Source of the DNA: an uncultured Nitrospiraceae bacterium
GTDB lineage: Bacteria > Nitrospirota > Nitrospiria > Nitrospirales > Nitrospiraceae
NCBI GenBank assembly: GCA_963730935.1
Contig: CAVSTP010000003.1
Span: forward strand, 704,001-768,000
Reading direction: 5' to 3'
Length of the DNA: 64,000 bases
The notes under the pieces are model-generated. The model saw only the letters and a list, made by a program, of their open reading frames with translations, had not been told where the DNA came from and did no database searches. The translations under genes were made by a program, and so were the position numbers. Within the stretch, counting starts at the first letter, position 1, and each line of letters begins with the position of its first letter. This document shows, piece by piece, positions 18,357 to 28,069 of the stretch.

Positions 18357-19835
18357 CTATTGAGGCTTCGAAACGCTCTGCGGCTGGCCGTTGCGAAATT
18401 TCTCCCTCTCAGCCCGCTGTTCCTCGACCAGTTTGTAGGCGACGTAGTACTTATAAATGTTGGCCACATAGGTGACCGTTTCCTCGCCGATCCGTCGTGC
18501 GGCGATGATCTCGACGTTGTTGAACCAGACATTCGGATTAAGCCCGCGTTGCGCCGCTTCCTTTCTGAGTTTCTGAACACGGGCTGGCCCGCAATTGTAG
18601 GCGGCGAATGAAAAAAGGATCTTGTTGCGCGTGTCCATGGGCTCGTTTTCAAAAAATTGGTCCCGCACGAACCGCATGTACTTGATGCCGGCATGGATGT
18701 TCGGTTCGAGCTGTGTCACGTCTCCGGTCTTCATCTCTTCGGCCGTGGCAGGCATCAGTTGCATGACCCCGATTGCACCGACACTGCTTCGAGCATTCTG
18801 ATCAAGCAGAGACTCCTGGTACCCCTGGGCGACCATCAAGAGATAGTCCATATCGTACTGAGAACCGTATTTGCGAAAGTACTCGACCGTCTTTTGGAAT
18901 TTCTTGATCTCGCCGGCCGAAGTGGCCTGTTTCACGATGCGCGGATTACCATCCCCGCCATACTTCTTGATCAACTCATTGCCGAAAGCGGATTTCCCGC
19001 CGTGCTCTTTGGCAAACGCGGCAATTTCCGCTTTCAATTTCGGGCTGTCCTTCCGGATCATCCAGGCCAAGTCGCCTCCTGCGTTAATCACGATGCCTCT
19101 GTGCGGCTTGAGGTTTTTAAAAACCTTCGCCCAGAGGAGCGCTTGGTAGCGATCCACCACGATAATTTCTACGAGCCCGGCATTGACCATCTCCAACAGG
19201 TCGTCGTCCTGGAGATCCTCAGGGGCGGCCTTGAGCACCACCGGTGCTTTGTGCTCTTGAACGAACCGCTCATTGAGACGCTCCAGATGAGTCCAGTAGC
19301 TCGATGACTTGCGGACGAAGACCTCCTTACCTGAAAGATCATCGAGTGATTTCAGTTCCGGCGATGCAGGCCCCGTCACGGCGATTTCCCTGACTCCATG
19401 GAAAAAAGGTGCGCCAAAATCTACCTGTTCGAGTCGTTCCGGTGTGACGGTTAGGATACCTGCCGCAATGTCCCCGCGTCCCTCCAGAAGCCCCTGGATC
19501 AGCTGGTCCCGCGAGGTCGGAATAAAGACCACATGGATAAGGATGTGCTTGCCCTGAGCCTTGTAACGATTATTGATTTCCTCCTGGAAGGCCTTGAGCA
19601 GTTCATATTCGGCGCCGGTCTGCCGGGGACCATTGAGCCAGTAGGATGTGCGGGAGGGTGCCACAAGAGCACGAATGACACGACGTTCGATCATCCCATC
19701 GAGGTCCCCGGTCCATGATTTGAGGATCGAAGCCTGGATCAGTTCATTCTGGTCCGGTTTAGGTTGGTCCTGGGCGAAGACAGGTAGAGCTAGTGATGAG
19801 TAAATGAAGACGACGGTAAGAAGTGCGTGCTTCAT
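18357..19835 (-). CDS. MltF-like lytic transglycosylase (SBP family 3 + SLT)
   Basis: WTGDLDGMIERR, QGYQES, GAIGVMQLMP, AYNCGP, ETVTYV. Confidence 0.9.
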   Translation of the reverse strand: MKHALLTVVFIYSSLALPVFAQDQPKPDQNELIQASILKSWTGDLDGMIERRVIRALVAPSRTSYWLNGPRQTGAEYELLKAFQEEINNRYKAQGKHILIHVVFIPTSRDQLIQGLLEGRGDIAAGILTVTPERLEQVDFGAPFFHGVREIAVTGPASPELKSLDDLSGKEVFVRKSSSYWTHLERLNERFVQEHKAPVVLKAAPEDLQDDDLLEMVNAGLVEIIVVDRYQALLWAKVFKNLKPHRGIVINAGGDLAWMIRKDSPKLKAEIAAFAKEHGGKSAFGNELIKKYGGDGNPRIVKQATSAGEIKKFQKTVEYFRKYGSQYDMDYLLMVAQGYQESLLDQNARSSVGAIGVMQLMPATAEEMKTGDVTQLEPNIHAGIKYMRFVRDQFFENEPMDTRNKILFSFAAYNCGPARVQKLRKEAAQRGLNPNVWFNNVEIIAARRIGEETVTYVANIYKYYVAYKLVEEQRAEREKFRNGQPQSVSKPQ

Positions 19836-19983
19836 GAAGGCGTTCCCCTTGTGCAGGCGAGTGATTGACTATCTTGGGGCTATCGAGGAGAGCGAGGCTA
19901 ACATTCGTAGTTTGATCGGTCAAGGATGTGCTCGGGAAGCGGTCGATTGAAAATCCTCGGCACCTTTGCTTTAGTATGGCCGG

Positions 19984-20580
19984 ATGACAAGCATGAAAAC
20001 AGAAGGTCATGCTGTGCCGGTTTGCGCCATCTTTGCCGGCGTCAGCCTGGATGGATTCATTGCGCGGCCGAACGGTGATCTGGATTGGCTGATGGGCGAG
20101 GGTGGTGAAGACGGGGACGGCTCAGACCACGGGTACAACGAGTTCATTGCCGGCATTGACGCCATCGTCATGGGTCGGAAAACGTTCGAGAAGGTGTTGA
20201 CGTTCGACAAGTGGTATTACGCCGACAAACGAGTGGTCGTCTTGAGCCATCAACCACTTGATCTATCCGTCGCGCAGGCGCGCGGAGCCGTTGTTGGGCA
20301 AATGGCAGGGGCTCCCTCAGAGATTGTCTCCAAGCTGGCTGCTTCGGGTGCTAGCCGTCTTTACGTGGATGGTGGAATCACCATTCAGGAGTTTTTGCGG
20401 GCAGGACTTATCCACCGTCTGATCATCAGTCGACTGCCGGTGCTCATTGGGGAAGGCATCCCCCTCTTCGGTTCGGTTCCGCACGACATCCGGCTCAGCC
20501 ACATCACGACGCGCACCTATCCAGGGGGCATGGTTCAAGACGAGTACCATGTCGTTAGCCGAGCTGGCGAACTTTCATAG
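19984..20580 (+). CDS. Dihydrofolate reductase/RibD C-terminal family protein
   Basis: SLDGFIAR, VMGRKTF, YVDGG, PVLIGEGIPLF. Confidence 0.9.
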   Translation: MTSMKTEGHAVPVCAIFAGVSLDGFIARPNGDLDWLMGEGGEDGDGSDHGYNEFIAGIDAIVMGRKTFEKVLTFDKWYYADKRVVVLSHQPLDLSVAQARGAVVGQMAGAPSEIVSKLAASGASRLYVDGGITIQEFLRAGLIHRLIISRLPVLIGEGIPLFGSVPHDIRLSHITTRTYPGGMVQDEYHVVSRAGELS

Positions 20581-20789
20581 ACGCAATTTGTCCCACCATT
20601 GCCTTCCTCGATGAGGCAGTACTCCGACCGTCCTCGTCAGGCCTTGCGTTGTGTTCCGTGTGTGGCTTGCATGAGGAAAGTTTTGACTAGTACAACTACC
20701 CGATACTAGGGGCTTTCCTAGTGGGCCTGTACGTATCTGAGCGCAAGCTCTGCCCCTACATCAAGAACGATCAACAAAAGGAGGGGGCC

Positions 20790-21116
20790 ATGCAACAGAA
20801 ACAGTTTATCTTGAGCAGCGCGGGAAGTGTTCTCCTCGTGCTTGCATCAGCATCGTATGCGGCGGATATGACTGCCGAAGCCACCGCCAATCCGATGCCC
20901 GAGGTCACGGCCAGCCCTCCGGCTGACGCAGTGGCCACGCCGGCGCCCGAGGCGGCGAGCAGTCCACCTACCGAGGTAACGACCAATGCACCGGCCGCCG
21001 CACCCTCGGACACGGCGACCAATCCGCCGCCTGAACAGTCGATGTCCGCTCCGGCGGAGACACCTGCTGACGCAAGTGCCGGTTCAGCGTCAGCCTCTGT
21101 CTCTCCAGAGCGATGA
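20790..21116 (+). CDS. Secreted Pro/Ala/Thr-rich small protein (paralogous N-terminus to 21488)
   Basis: SD AAGGAGG; LLVLASASYAAD signal shared with 21488. Confidence 0.7.
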   Translation: MQQKQFILSSAGSVLLVLASASYAADMTAEATANPMPEVTASPPADAVATPAPEAASSPPTEVTTNAPAAAPSDTATNPPPEQSMSAPAETPADASAGSASASVSPER

Positions 21117-21156
21117 GCTAACAGGGCCAAGAGGTAGGGCACCTGATATTGTCGAT

Positions 21157-21191
21157 GGGGTGAGCGAGGCGGAGCCTGGCTCACCCCTCAC
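21157..21191. repeat. 35-bp hairpin repeat copy 1
   Basis: GGGGTGAGCGAGGCGGAGCCTGGCTCACCCCTCAC, 34/35 identical to 22391-22425. Confidence 0.9.
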
Positions 21192-21229
21192 ATGCACGCC
21201 TTACCATGCACGCCTTACGTAGTTCGCCT

Positions 21230-21293
21230 CTACATTTGTTCCACCACAATCGCCACTGCCTCTCCGCCGCCGATACACAGACCTGGCTAACCC
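21230..21293 (-). pseudogene. Thiolase C-terminal remnant
   Basis: Minus frame 21280-21230 = LCIGGGEAVAIVVEQM*, preceded (1-nt shift) by GLA; thiolase C-terminal signature. Confidence 0.8.
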
Positions 21294-21487
21294 TTGGCTG
21301 GCGCCGGTCGTTGCCATCCAGCCGTATCAAGTACTGGCGCGAGCAAAGCACAGCCCTGTCAAAAGTGACAGTTCCTCTTCTAGTGCTTTTCTGCCATAGT
21401 CCCCTTCGTAAAACTCTGGCAAGTGGAGGCTGATATTCACCCTCGAGTTGGCCTCTCAGCGCCAACTTTTCACAAAAGGAGCTAATC

Positions 21488-22348
21488 ATGACGAAACCAA
21501 TCTCTCAGGCGTTGAGTTGTGCAGGAGGTCTTCTCCTGGTGCTTGCATCGGCCTCGTATGCGGCCGACACGCCAGCTGGAGCAATGGCCAGTCCAACGCC
21601 GGAAGCAGCGTCCAATCCAACGCCGGAAGCAGCGTCCAATCCACCTCAAGTTGCGGCAGAGCCACCAGCCAATACAGGGATGACTTCTGCTCCTGCCGAA
21701 CAGAAGGCCTCGATCGAGAAAACAGCAGTGGCTCCTCCCGTGGTGAGCGATCCCGGGAAAGTCTATCTTATCAGGGAGAACCCCTTCTACTGGCAGCATA
21801 TTGACAAGTCTATAGAACATGCCCGTGCCGCTGAAATTGCAGGCAACATGGGACAGGCTGCAGAATTACTGGAACATGCCAAGATGTCGTTGATGCAAGC
21901 CCGGGAGGCACAGCGTGCGGGCAATGTGGGTGGCTTGAATGAAGGGATTGCCAATTTGAGAAAAGCGCTGAGTCTCCCGACATGGTTGACGCAATCCTCA
22001 ACACAGACTTCTCCTTCCGCCCAGGGCGCAGATCCTCAGTGTATCGAGGAGCTTGAGAGACAATGCGGGGAGGTTGAGCCTGGCAGCGGGCGTCTCCAAC
22101 AGTGTTTTGACGACAAGATAAACAACTTCTCATCGATGTGTCAGGAGAAACTTAAGGAGGGAAAGGCCGGGATCGCTGCCGCTTTTTTGGGGAACAAGCA
22201 GCAAAAGGAACTAAGAGGGATACCCCGTGAAGAGGCTGCCGTGCGTTCGGCGACTGGCTTTGTTCGTGAAGCTCGTAAGAACTTGTCGCAGGCGGCTGGA
22301 ACGAAGTACGTCGAAATTCAGCCTCAGAAAGCGACAGCATCGAATTGA
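21488..22348 (+). CDS. Secreted SmbP-like helical protein with inserted Cys-rich module
   Basis: HIDKSIEHARAAEIAG..LLEHAK; C-x7-C-x12-C-x11-C module; 24-bp tandem repeat 21592-21639. Confidence 0.75.
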   Translation: MTKPISQALSCAGGLLLVLASASYAADTPAGAMASPTPEAASNPTPEAASNPPQVAAEPPANTGMTSAPAEQKASIEKTAVAPPVVSDPGKVYLIRENPFYWQHIDKSIEHARAAEIAGNMGQAAELLEHAKMSLMQAREAQRAGNVGGLNEGIANLRKALSLPTWLTQSSTQTSPSAQGADPQCIEELERQCGEVEPGSGRLQQCFDDKINNFSSMCQEKLKEGKAGIAAAFLGNKQQKELRGIPREEAAVRSATGFVREARKNLSQAAGTKYVEIQPQKATASN

Positions 22349-22390
22349 TCCGGTACCTGTCTCTTCCTGACGCCGGGTAATAGTGTCGTA

Positions 22391-22425
22391 GGGGTGAGCG
22401 AGGCGGAACCTGGCTCACCCCTCAC
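22391..22425. repeat. 35-bp hairpin repeat copy 2
   Basis: Direct repeat of 21157-21191. Confidence 0.9.
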
Positions 22426-22463
22426 GAGCTCGCCTACAATCGCCAGGGACGGACGGAGGCGGA

Positions 22464-24356
22464 TCACTCTTGTATGTTACGGGGCACTCCGTCCTTTCTC
22501 AAGCAAGGCACAATCCCTTCTTCAAGCCAGGTGTACTCGCCGCTCATGATCGCCTTTGACAGGTGATATACGACCGAGTCTTTCTTGTACCGTCGTATTC
22601 TTCCAACCACGGAGGAGGGAGGATACAGGCGATCCGCCATATCCTGGCAGAAGTAGGTGACCAGCTCACGGATCCCCGGCTTCGTTCGCATCTCTGGTTG
22701 AGACGCAAACCAGAGTATTGCAGCCATGGGAAACAGCAACAGACTGTCGTTCACGAGATGGTGCAGCAGGAGTTGTTTATTGTGCAGTTTCTGCCGGTGG
22801 TGAAGGGTCGCAAGCAGTGTCGCTCGGGTCAGGCCTCGTGAGGAGGACTCGATAAACCGTATCCACCTTGCATACTCTTTTCCGCAGGCCGCGGAGGCCG
22901 AGCGGGAATGCAGAAAGGGGAGACAAGAGGAAAGGGACATGCGGGCGTAATAGAGCGCCGCGGCGACCTTGCGTGACATGGATCCCTGGAGAATGGCCAA
23001 GCCCTGTTCGACATAGGGAGCGAGGGACTCGCGTGCCATCCAGATTCGCAGAATCTCGCTGGTTCCCTCCCAGATGAGATTGATCCGGGCGTCGCGGAGC
23101 ATGCGCATTACTGGAATGGCCTGCTCGCCACTCTTGTGTTGCGCCTCCGTGGTCATGAATCCTCGTCCGCCGCGAACTTGAAACAACTCATTGACGGCTT
23201 CCCAGTACCACTCGCTTCCAATAATTTTGGCTGCGGCCGATTCCAACCGGAGATCGCCTTTCTTGTTGGCCCAAGCTCCGCAGAATGCCATGACGGCATC
23301 GAGAGCCAGGGTATAGGCAGCCACTCGGCAGAGCTTTTCTCCAATCAAATTGTGCTCCCCGATAGGCTTGTTCCATTGTACGCGGATGCGTCCCCACCAA
23401 CGCATTGCCGAGAGACATTGCTTGAGTCCCCCCAAACAAGCGGCGGGAAGGGTCAGGCGCCCTACCGTAAGGGTGGCGAGGGCGATCCTCAGGCCGTCTT
23501 CTTCGCTGCCCAGCCGGTTTTCAACAGGGACGTAGACGTTGTCGAACCGCGGCACCCCGTTATAAATCCCTCTGACCCCCTCGAAACGGAGACGTGTAAC
23601 GGAACATCCCGGCCACTGAGTTTCGACGATAAACGCTCCATATCGTTTCTGCCCCTGCGGGTCCCGGAGGTCTTCTGGACGATCCACGATCCGCGCGATG
23701 ACGACCAGCATGGAAGCCAGAAACTCGCCGTCCCGCTTGGCAGAATTGGTAATAAAAAATTTCTCTCCGGTGAGGCGATAGCCGACAGTCCTGCCGGCTT
23801 CTGTCACTCTGACTGCGTAGGTCTCCACTTTGGAGATGTCGCAGCCGACGTTTCGTTCCGTGAGAGCAAACCCTGAAATCTCCCCGCCCGCAAGCCGGGG
23901 CAGATACTTCGCTTTCTGCTCAGGCGTTCCGAAAAGCCGGAGTGGTTCTGGCACGCCGATCGATTGCGCCGCCGATAACAGCACCGTCAATGAGGCGTCG
24001 ACGCTTCCACAGAGGGTAGCGACTTGTTGATACTCGTATTGGGTAAATTCCTGCCCGCCGAAGGATCTTGGAATCTTGATGCCAAGTGCGCCGAGGTTGG
24101 CTAATGACTTAATGAGGGATTCGGGCAGCTCGCTCTCGAGATCGACCCGGTCGGGATCCAGAGAGAACAGGAGAGGCTTGAGCCCTTCCAGAAAGTCAGC
24201 GGCTTTTGGCGAAATCTCTGGAATGCTGATCTCGCTAAAGAGGTTCCAGCGAACATCAGCCTCAAACAAACCCGCAGTAAATCCGGTGTAGGCAGCTTTG
24301 TCCCGGGCCGCTTCCGCTATTGCCTCGGACCCCTGAAACAGCCCCGATTTTGCCAT
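22464..24356 (-). CDS. fadE: Acyl-CoA dehydrogenase
   Basis: FALTE, GEKFFITN, GGRGF, IWEGTSEI. Confidence 0.92.
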   Translation of the reverse strand: MAKSGLFQGSEAIAEAARDKAAYTGFTAGLFEADVRWNLFSEISIPEISPKAADFLEGLKPLLFSLDPDRVDLESELPESLIKSLANLGALGIKIPRSFGGQEFTQYEYQQVATLCGSVDASLTVLLSAAQSIGVPEPLRLFGTPEQKAKYLPRLAGGEISGFALTERNVGCDISKVETYAVRVTEAGRTVGYRLTGEKFFITNSAKRDGEFLASMLVVIARIVDRPEDLRDPQGQKRYGAFIVETQWPGCSVTRLRFEGVRGIYNGVPRFDNVYVPVENRLGSEEDGLRIALATLTVGRLTLPAACLGGLKQCLSAMRWWGRIRVQWNKPIGEHNLIGEKLCRVAAYTLALDAVMAFCGAWANKKGDLRLESAAAKIIGSEWYWEAVNELFQVRGGRGFMTTEAQHKSGEQAIPVMRMLRDARINLIWEGTSEILRIWMARESLAPYVEQGLAILQGSMSRKVAAALYYARMSLSSCLPFLHSRSASAACGKEYARWIRFIESSSRGLTRATLLATLHHRQKLHNKQLLLHHLVNDSLLLFPMAAILWFASQPEMRTKPGIRELVTYFCQDMADRLYPPSSVVGRIRRYKKDSVVYHLSKAIMSGEYTWLEEGIVPCLRKDGVPRNIQE

Positions 24357-24558
24357 GCCGCGTTCTTCCGACGTGAGCTAGAGGCGTAGCGTCCGGCTCA
24401 TCTTTGTTAGTGTACCACCTTTTCAATTCGCACGCTGTCATTTAGGCACCTGACCCTAATGGGGGAGGCTGGATTGCATTCAAAAAGGATGAAAATCGCC
24501 ACTTGCGTGGTAGGATGGGTTGAGGGCATTACTCCTGATTTCTTACGGGGTATGCATC

Positions 24559-25884
24559 ATGCGCAATGTCGTCGTCGTTGAGGGATTTCGTACTCCTTTT
24601 TGTAAGGAAGGAACAGATTTCCGCGAGATAGACGCGGATGTGCTTGGCGCGTGGGTTGTGCGTGAAATGATCGCGCGCTGTCACCGCTGGAATCTTCCGC
24701 CGAGCACCATTGATTGCGTAATAGGAAGCAATGTCGCCACGCCGATGCACGCAGTGAATCCGACGCGTGTCGCTGCGGTCACCGGCGGCCTTCCCCCCAG
24801 CATCCCTGCCGATACTGTCGCTGGTAAGAATTGCGGTTCCGGCGTCACCGCACTCTACTATGCGAGCCTGCGCATCCGAAGCGGCGATGTCGATACCGCG
24901 CTCGTCATCGGCATGGAGGCGATGAGCCGGATCCCTGTGGCGTATGACCGTGCAGTCGCAGACCTGCTCCTGAAATACGGCAGAGCGAGAACGCCTCGCG
25001 AAGGTGTCATGACCGCTCTGACGCTCATCCCTAAATTGCTCAATCTCAAGCGCTATCCCCCTCGTATCGGACTCGTCATGGGTCTCACCGATCCGATGTG
25101 CGACCTCATTATGGGACAGACCGCGGAGAATATCGCCAAGGATCCCTCCCTGGGCATCACGCGTGAGGAGCAGGATGCATTCTCGATTCGGTCGCACAAG
25201 CTGGCGGCAGAAGCCTGGAAACGCGGACTCTTGGCAGAAGAAGTCGTGCCTATGTTTGTCCCGGAGAGAAACAGCTATGTTGAGCGGGACAACGGGATTC
25301 GGGAAGATGCCGACCCAAAGACGTTTCACGATGTGAAACCTGTCTTCGACAGGCGTCATGGATCGGTGACACCAGCCAACGCCTCGCAAATTACGGATGC
25401 CGCCGCAGCCATGCTATTGATGGACGAGGACAAGGCCAAGTCGCTTGGGCTCCCGATTCTTGGGTATGTGAAGGACTATGCCGATTTCGGCTATGAACCT
25501 TCCTGCATGGGCCTCGCTCCTGTAGGAGCCATCGCCAAACTACTGTCGAAATCTGGGTTGACCCTTAAAGATTTTTCGGTCTGTGAGATCAACGAAGCCT
25601 TTGCATCCGTGGTGCTAGGGATCACCCGAATTCTTGCGTCATCCTCTCTCATGGAGCGCAAGTTCGGCAGATACGGATGGACGGAGCGTCTGGGCGAGAT
25701 TCCCCCTGACGATCTGAATCCGCACGGCGGAGCGATTGCGCTCGGTCATCCGGTTGGCGTATCCGGTCTGCGCCTAGCGATGACCTCGCTGTACGAGCTC
25801 AAACGACGTGATGCCGAACGAGCCCTGATCAGCATGTGCGTGGGAGGCGGGCAGGGAGTCGCGATGATTGTGGAGAGAAAATAG
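24559..25884 (+). CDS. fadA: Acetyl-CoA C-acyltransferase (thiolase)
   Basis: NCGSG, NEAF, GAIALGHP, CVGGGQG. Confidence 0.93.
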   Translation: MRNVVVVEGFRTPFCKEGTDFREIDADVLGAWVVREMIARCHRWNLPPSTIDCVIGSNVATPMHAVNPTRVAAVTGGLPPSIPADTVAGKNCGSGVTALYYASLRIRSGDVDTALVIGMEAMSRIPVAYDRAVADLLLKYGRARTPREGVMTALTLIPKLLNLKRYPPRIGLVMGLTDPMCDLIMGQTAENIAKDPSLGITREEQDAFSIRSHKLAAEAWKRGLLAEEVVPMFVPERNSYVERDNGIREDADPKTFHDVKPVFDRRHGSVTPANASQITDAAAAMLLMDEDKAKSLGLPILGYVKDYADFGYEPSCMGLAPVGAIAKLLSKSGLTLKDFSVCEINEAFASVVLGITRILASSSLMERKFGRYGWTERLGEIPPDDLNPHGGAIALGHPVGVSGLRLAMTSLYELKRRDAERALISMCVGGGQGVAMIVERK

Positions 25885-25886
25885 CG

Positions 25887-28040
25887 ATGTCCAACGAGTT
25901 CAAACACTTCAAGGTCGCTCCTGTCCACGACGGAATTCTCCTGGCAGGGTTTGATTACGCCGGAAAATCGGTCAATGTGCTCAATGGGGAGAGCTTTGCT
26001 GAATGGCAGGAGCTCGTCCGGTTCGCACAGCACTCGAGTGCGGTCTCCAGTGTGGTGCTCGTAAGCATGAAGGAAGGAAACTTCTGTGCCGGAGCCGATC
26101 TGGAGCAGATGCATGGCGCACAGGAGCAGCGGTCCTTTGAAGCATTAGAGCAATTGGTCAATACGGCCCATACGGTCTTCGACGAAATGGGGCGCTCGCC
26201 AAAACCGTTTGTCGCTGCGGTGGAAGGGGCTTGTCTCGGCGGCGGGCTCGAACTCGCGCTGGCCTGCCATGCGCGGATTGCCAGCGCCCACGCGAGGACC
26301 ATGTTCAGCCTGCCGGAAGTCAAGCTCGGCATTCTTCCCGGATTTGGCGGCACGCAACGTCTTCCACGGTTAGTCGGCGTGCCGGCAGCCTTGGAGATGA
26401 TCACAACGGGAAAAACGGTGTTCCCGCGGCAAGCGCTGAAGATGGGGCTTGTGGACGCCATGGTGACCTCGATCCCTTCCACGGTCAGGACGCTGGAGCA
26501 GATTCAGCGCGAAGCGTTCGTTCAAGTCGCCATCTCCCAAGCACGTGAGCTTCGTTCATCGCCTGTTCGGCGGCGTTCGCTTCACGGGAGCCAAAGACTT
26601 CTGAGCGCACCGGGAATTCGTGCGCTCGTCTGTGGCTATGCGCGGCGTCAGGTCATGAAGCGAGTGCGACACTTTTATCCCGCTCCGCTTTGTGCCATCG
26701 ACGCGGTGAAACGGGGGATGGGTATGGCTGTACTGAAGGGATCGATGGCAGTCGAGAAGCCTCTGTTATTGGATCTCATGGCCAGCCCGGTTTCTGCCCA
26801 CCTTGTTGGCTTATTCCTGAGAGGTGAAGAGGTTAAGCGGAAGGCTGCGAGTGTCTCGGAGCCCGTGATGCGAGTGGGAGTGCTGGGAGCCGGCTTGATG
26901 GGCTCGCAAATCGCCGGTCAGCTTGCCGAAAAGGGGTATTCAGCCGTGCTGCGGGATGTGGCCTCGGACATTCTGGCGAAAGGCATGGGGAGGATCCATC
27001 AGGCTCAATCCGTCCAGGTCCGGAAACGAATCATTCTTCCCTCCGACCTGCGTTATCGCATGATGCGGATTACCCCGACCATCCGGCTGAGCGATCTGGC
27101 TTCCGTTTCCCTGGCCATCGAGGCAGTGTCGGAGAAGTTGGATGTGAAAAGGGCCGTACTGGCTGAATTCGAATCCGAGGCGCGTCCCGATGCCATCTTT
27201 GCCACGAATACGTCATCCTATACCTTGACCGACATTGCGGTGAAGGCCACCCATCCCGAACGGTGCGTCGGACTCCACTTCTTCAATCCAGTCGCTAAGA
27301 TGCAGTTGGTCGAGGTGGTGCGCGCGCCTTCCACGTCCGAGCAAGCCTTGGCGCAGGCCTCCAGCCTGGCGAAGCGGTTGGGCAAGTTTCCGCTCGTGGT
27401 CCGCGACGGACCAGGATTCCTCGTGAACCGGATTCTGGCACGCTATCTCGCGGAGGCGGTGATCTTAGCTGGCGAGGGCATCCCTATTCGTCGCATCGAT
27501 GCGGTCGCGAAGGACTTTGGGATGGCCGTGGACAGCGGGCACCCCATGGGACCTCTCGAACTCATCGATTTGATCGGACTCCCCGTCGCCGTGCACGTGC
27601 TCGCCTCGCTTGCTGTGCTCGGATCGCGCATTGAATCGCGTGACACGCTGCTGCGCGGCTTCCTTTCCGAGAAACATCCGGTCACATTTTGGAAGTCAGG
27701 AAAAGAAAACCCACAAGCCATCGACCTGATCAGGCAGTATCGTCGGACCGAGTCGTCAGATAGCGGCCCTGTCACAGACGACATGCTTCACCAACGCCTG
27801 TTCCTGCCGATGGTGGACGAAGCGGTGCGCTGTTTGAAGGACAAGATTGTGGACCATGCCTGGCAGGTGGATTTTGCCCTGACATACGGGATTGGATTTC
27901 CCGCGTTTCGTGGAGGTCTCCTGACCTGGGCGAGGCAGCAGATGGCGCCGGCGCAGCTCACAGCGGCCCTGGATTCACTGTCCCGCAGGTACGGAAAACG
28001 CTTCGAGCCTTGTCCGGCGATTGCGCACGGAGGATGGTAG
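25887..28040 (+). CDS. fadJ: Fatty acid oxidation complex alpha subunit (enoyl-CoA hydratase/3-hydroxyacyl-CoA dehydrogenase)
   Basis: FCAGAD, GGGLELAL, PEVKLG, GAGLMG, TNTSS, HFFNP. Confidence 0.92.
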   Translation: MSNEFKHFKVAPVHDGILLAGFDYAGKSVNVLNGESFAEWQELVRFAQHSSAVSSVVLVSMKEGNFCAGADLEQMHGAQEQRSFEALEQLVNTAHTVFDEMGRSPKPFVAAVEGACLGGGLELALACHARIASAHARTMFSLPEVKLGILPGFGGTQRLPRLVGVPAALEMITTGKTVFPRQALKMGLVDAMVTSIPSTVRTLEQIQREAFVQVAISQARELRSSPVRRRSLHGSQRLLSAPGIRALVCGYARRQVMKRVRHFYPAPLCAIDAVKRGMGMAVLKGSMAVEKPLLLDLMASPVSAHLVGLFLRGEEVKRKAASVSEPVMRVGVLGAGLMGSQIAGQLAEKGYSAVLRDVASDILAKGMGRIHQAQSVQVRKRIILPSDLRYRMMRITPTIRLSDLASVSLAIEAVSEKLDVKRAVLAEFESEARPDAIFATNTSSYTLTDIAVKATHPERCVGLHFFNPVAKMQLVEVVRAPSTSEQALAQASSLAKRLGKFPLVVRDGPGFLVNRILARYLAEAVILAGEGIPIRRIDAVAKDFGMAVDSGHPMGPLELIDLIGLPVAVHVLASLAVLGSRIESRDTLLRGFLSEKHPVTFWKSGKENPQAIDLIRQYRRTESSDSGPVTDDMLHQRLFLPMVDEAVRCLKDKIVDHAWQVDFALTYGIGFPAFRGGLLTWARQQMAPAQLTAALDSLSRRYGKRFEPCPAIAHGGW

Positions 28041-28069
28041 CCGCCGAGTCACCTCAAAGGGAGCACATC

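Noticed and set aside
1100..22460. Prophage, ICE or IS explaining the accessory region
   Set aside because: No integrase, transposase, relaxase or phage genes recognised.
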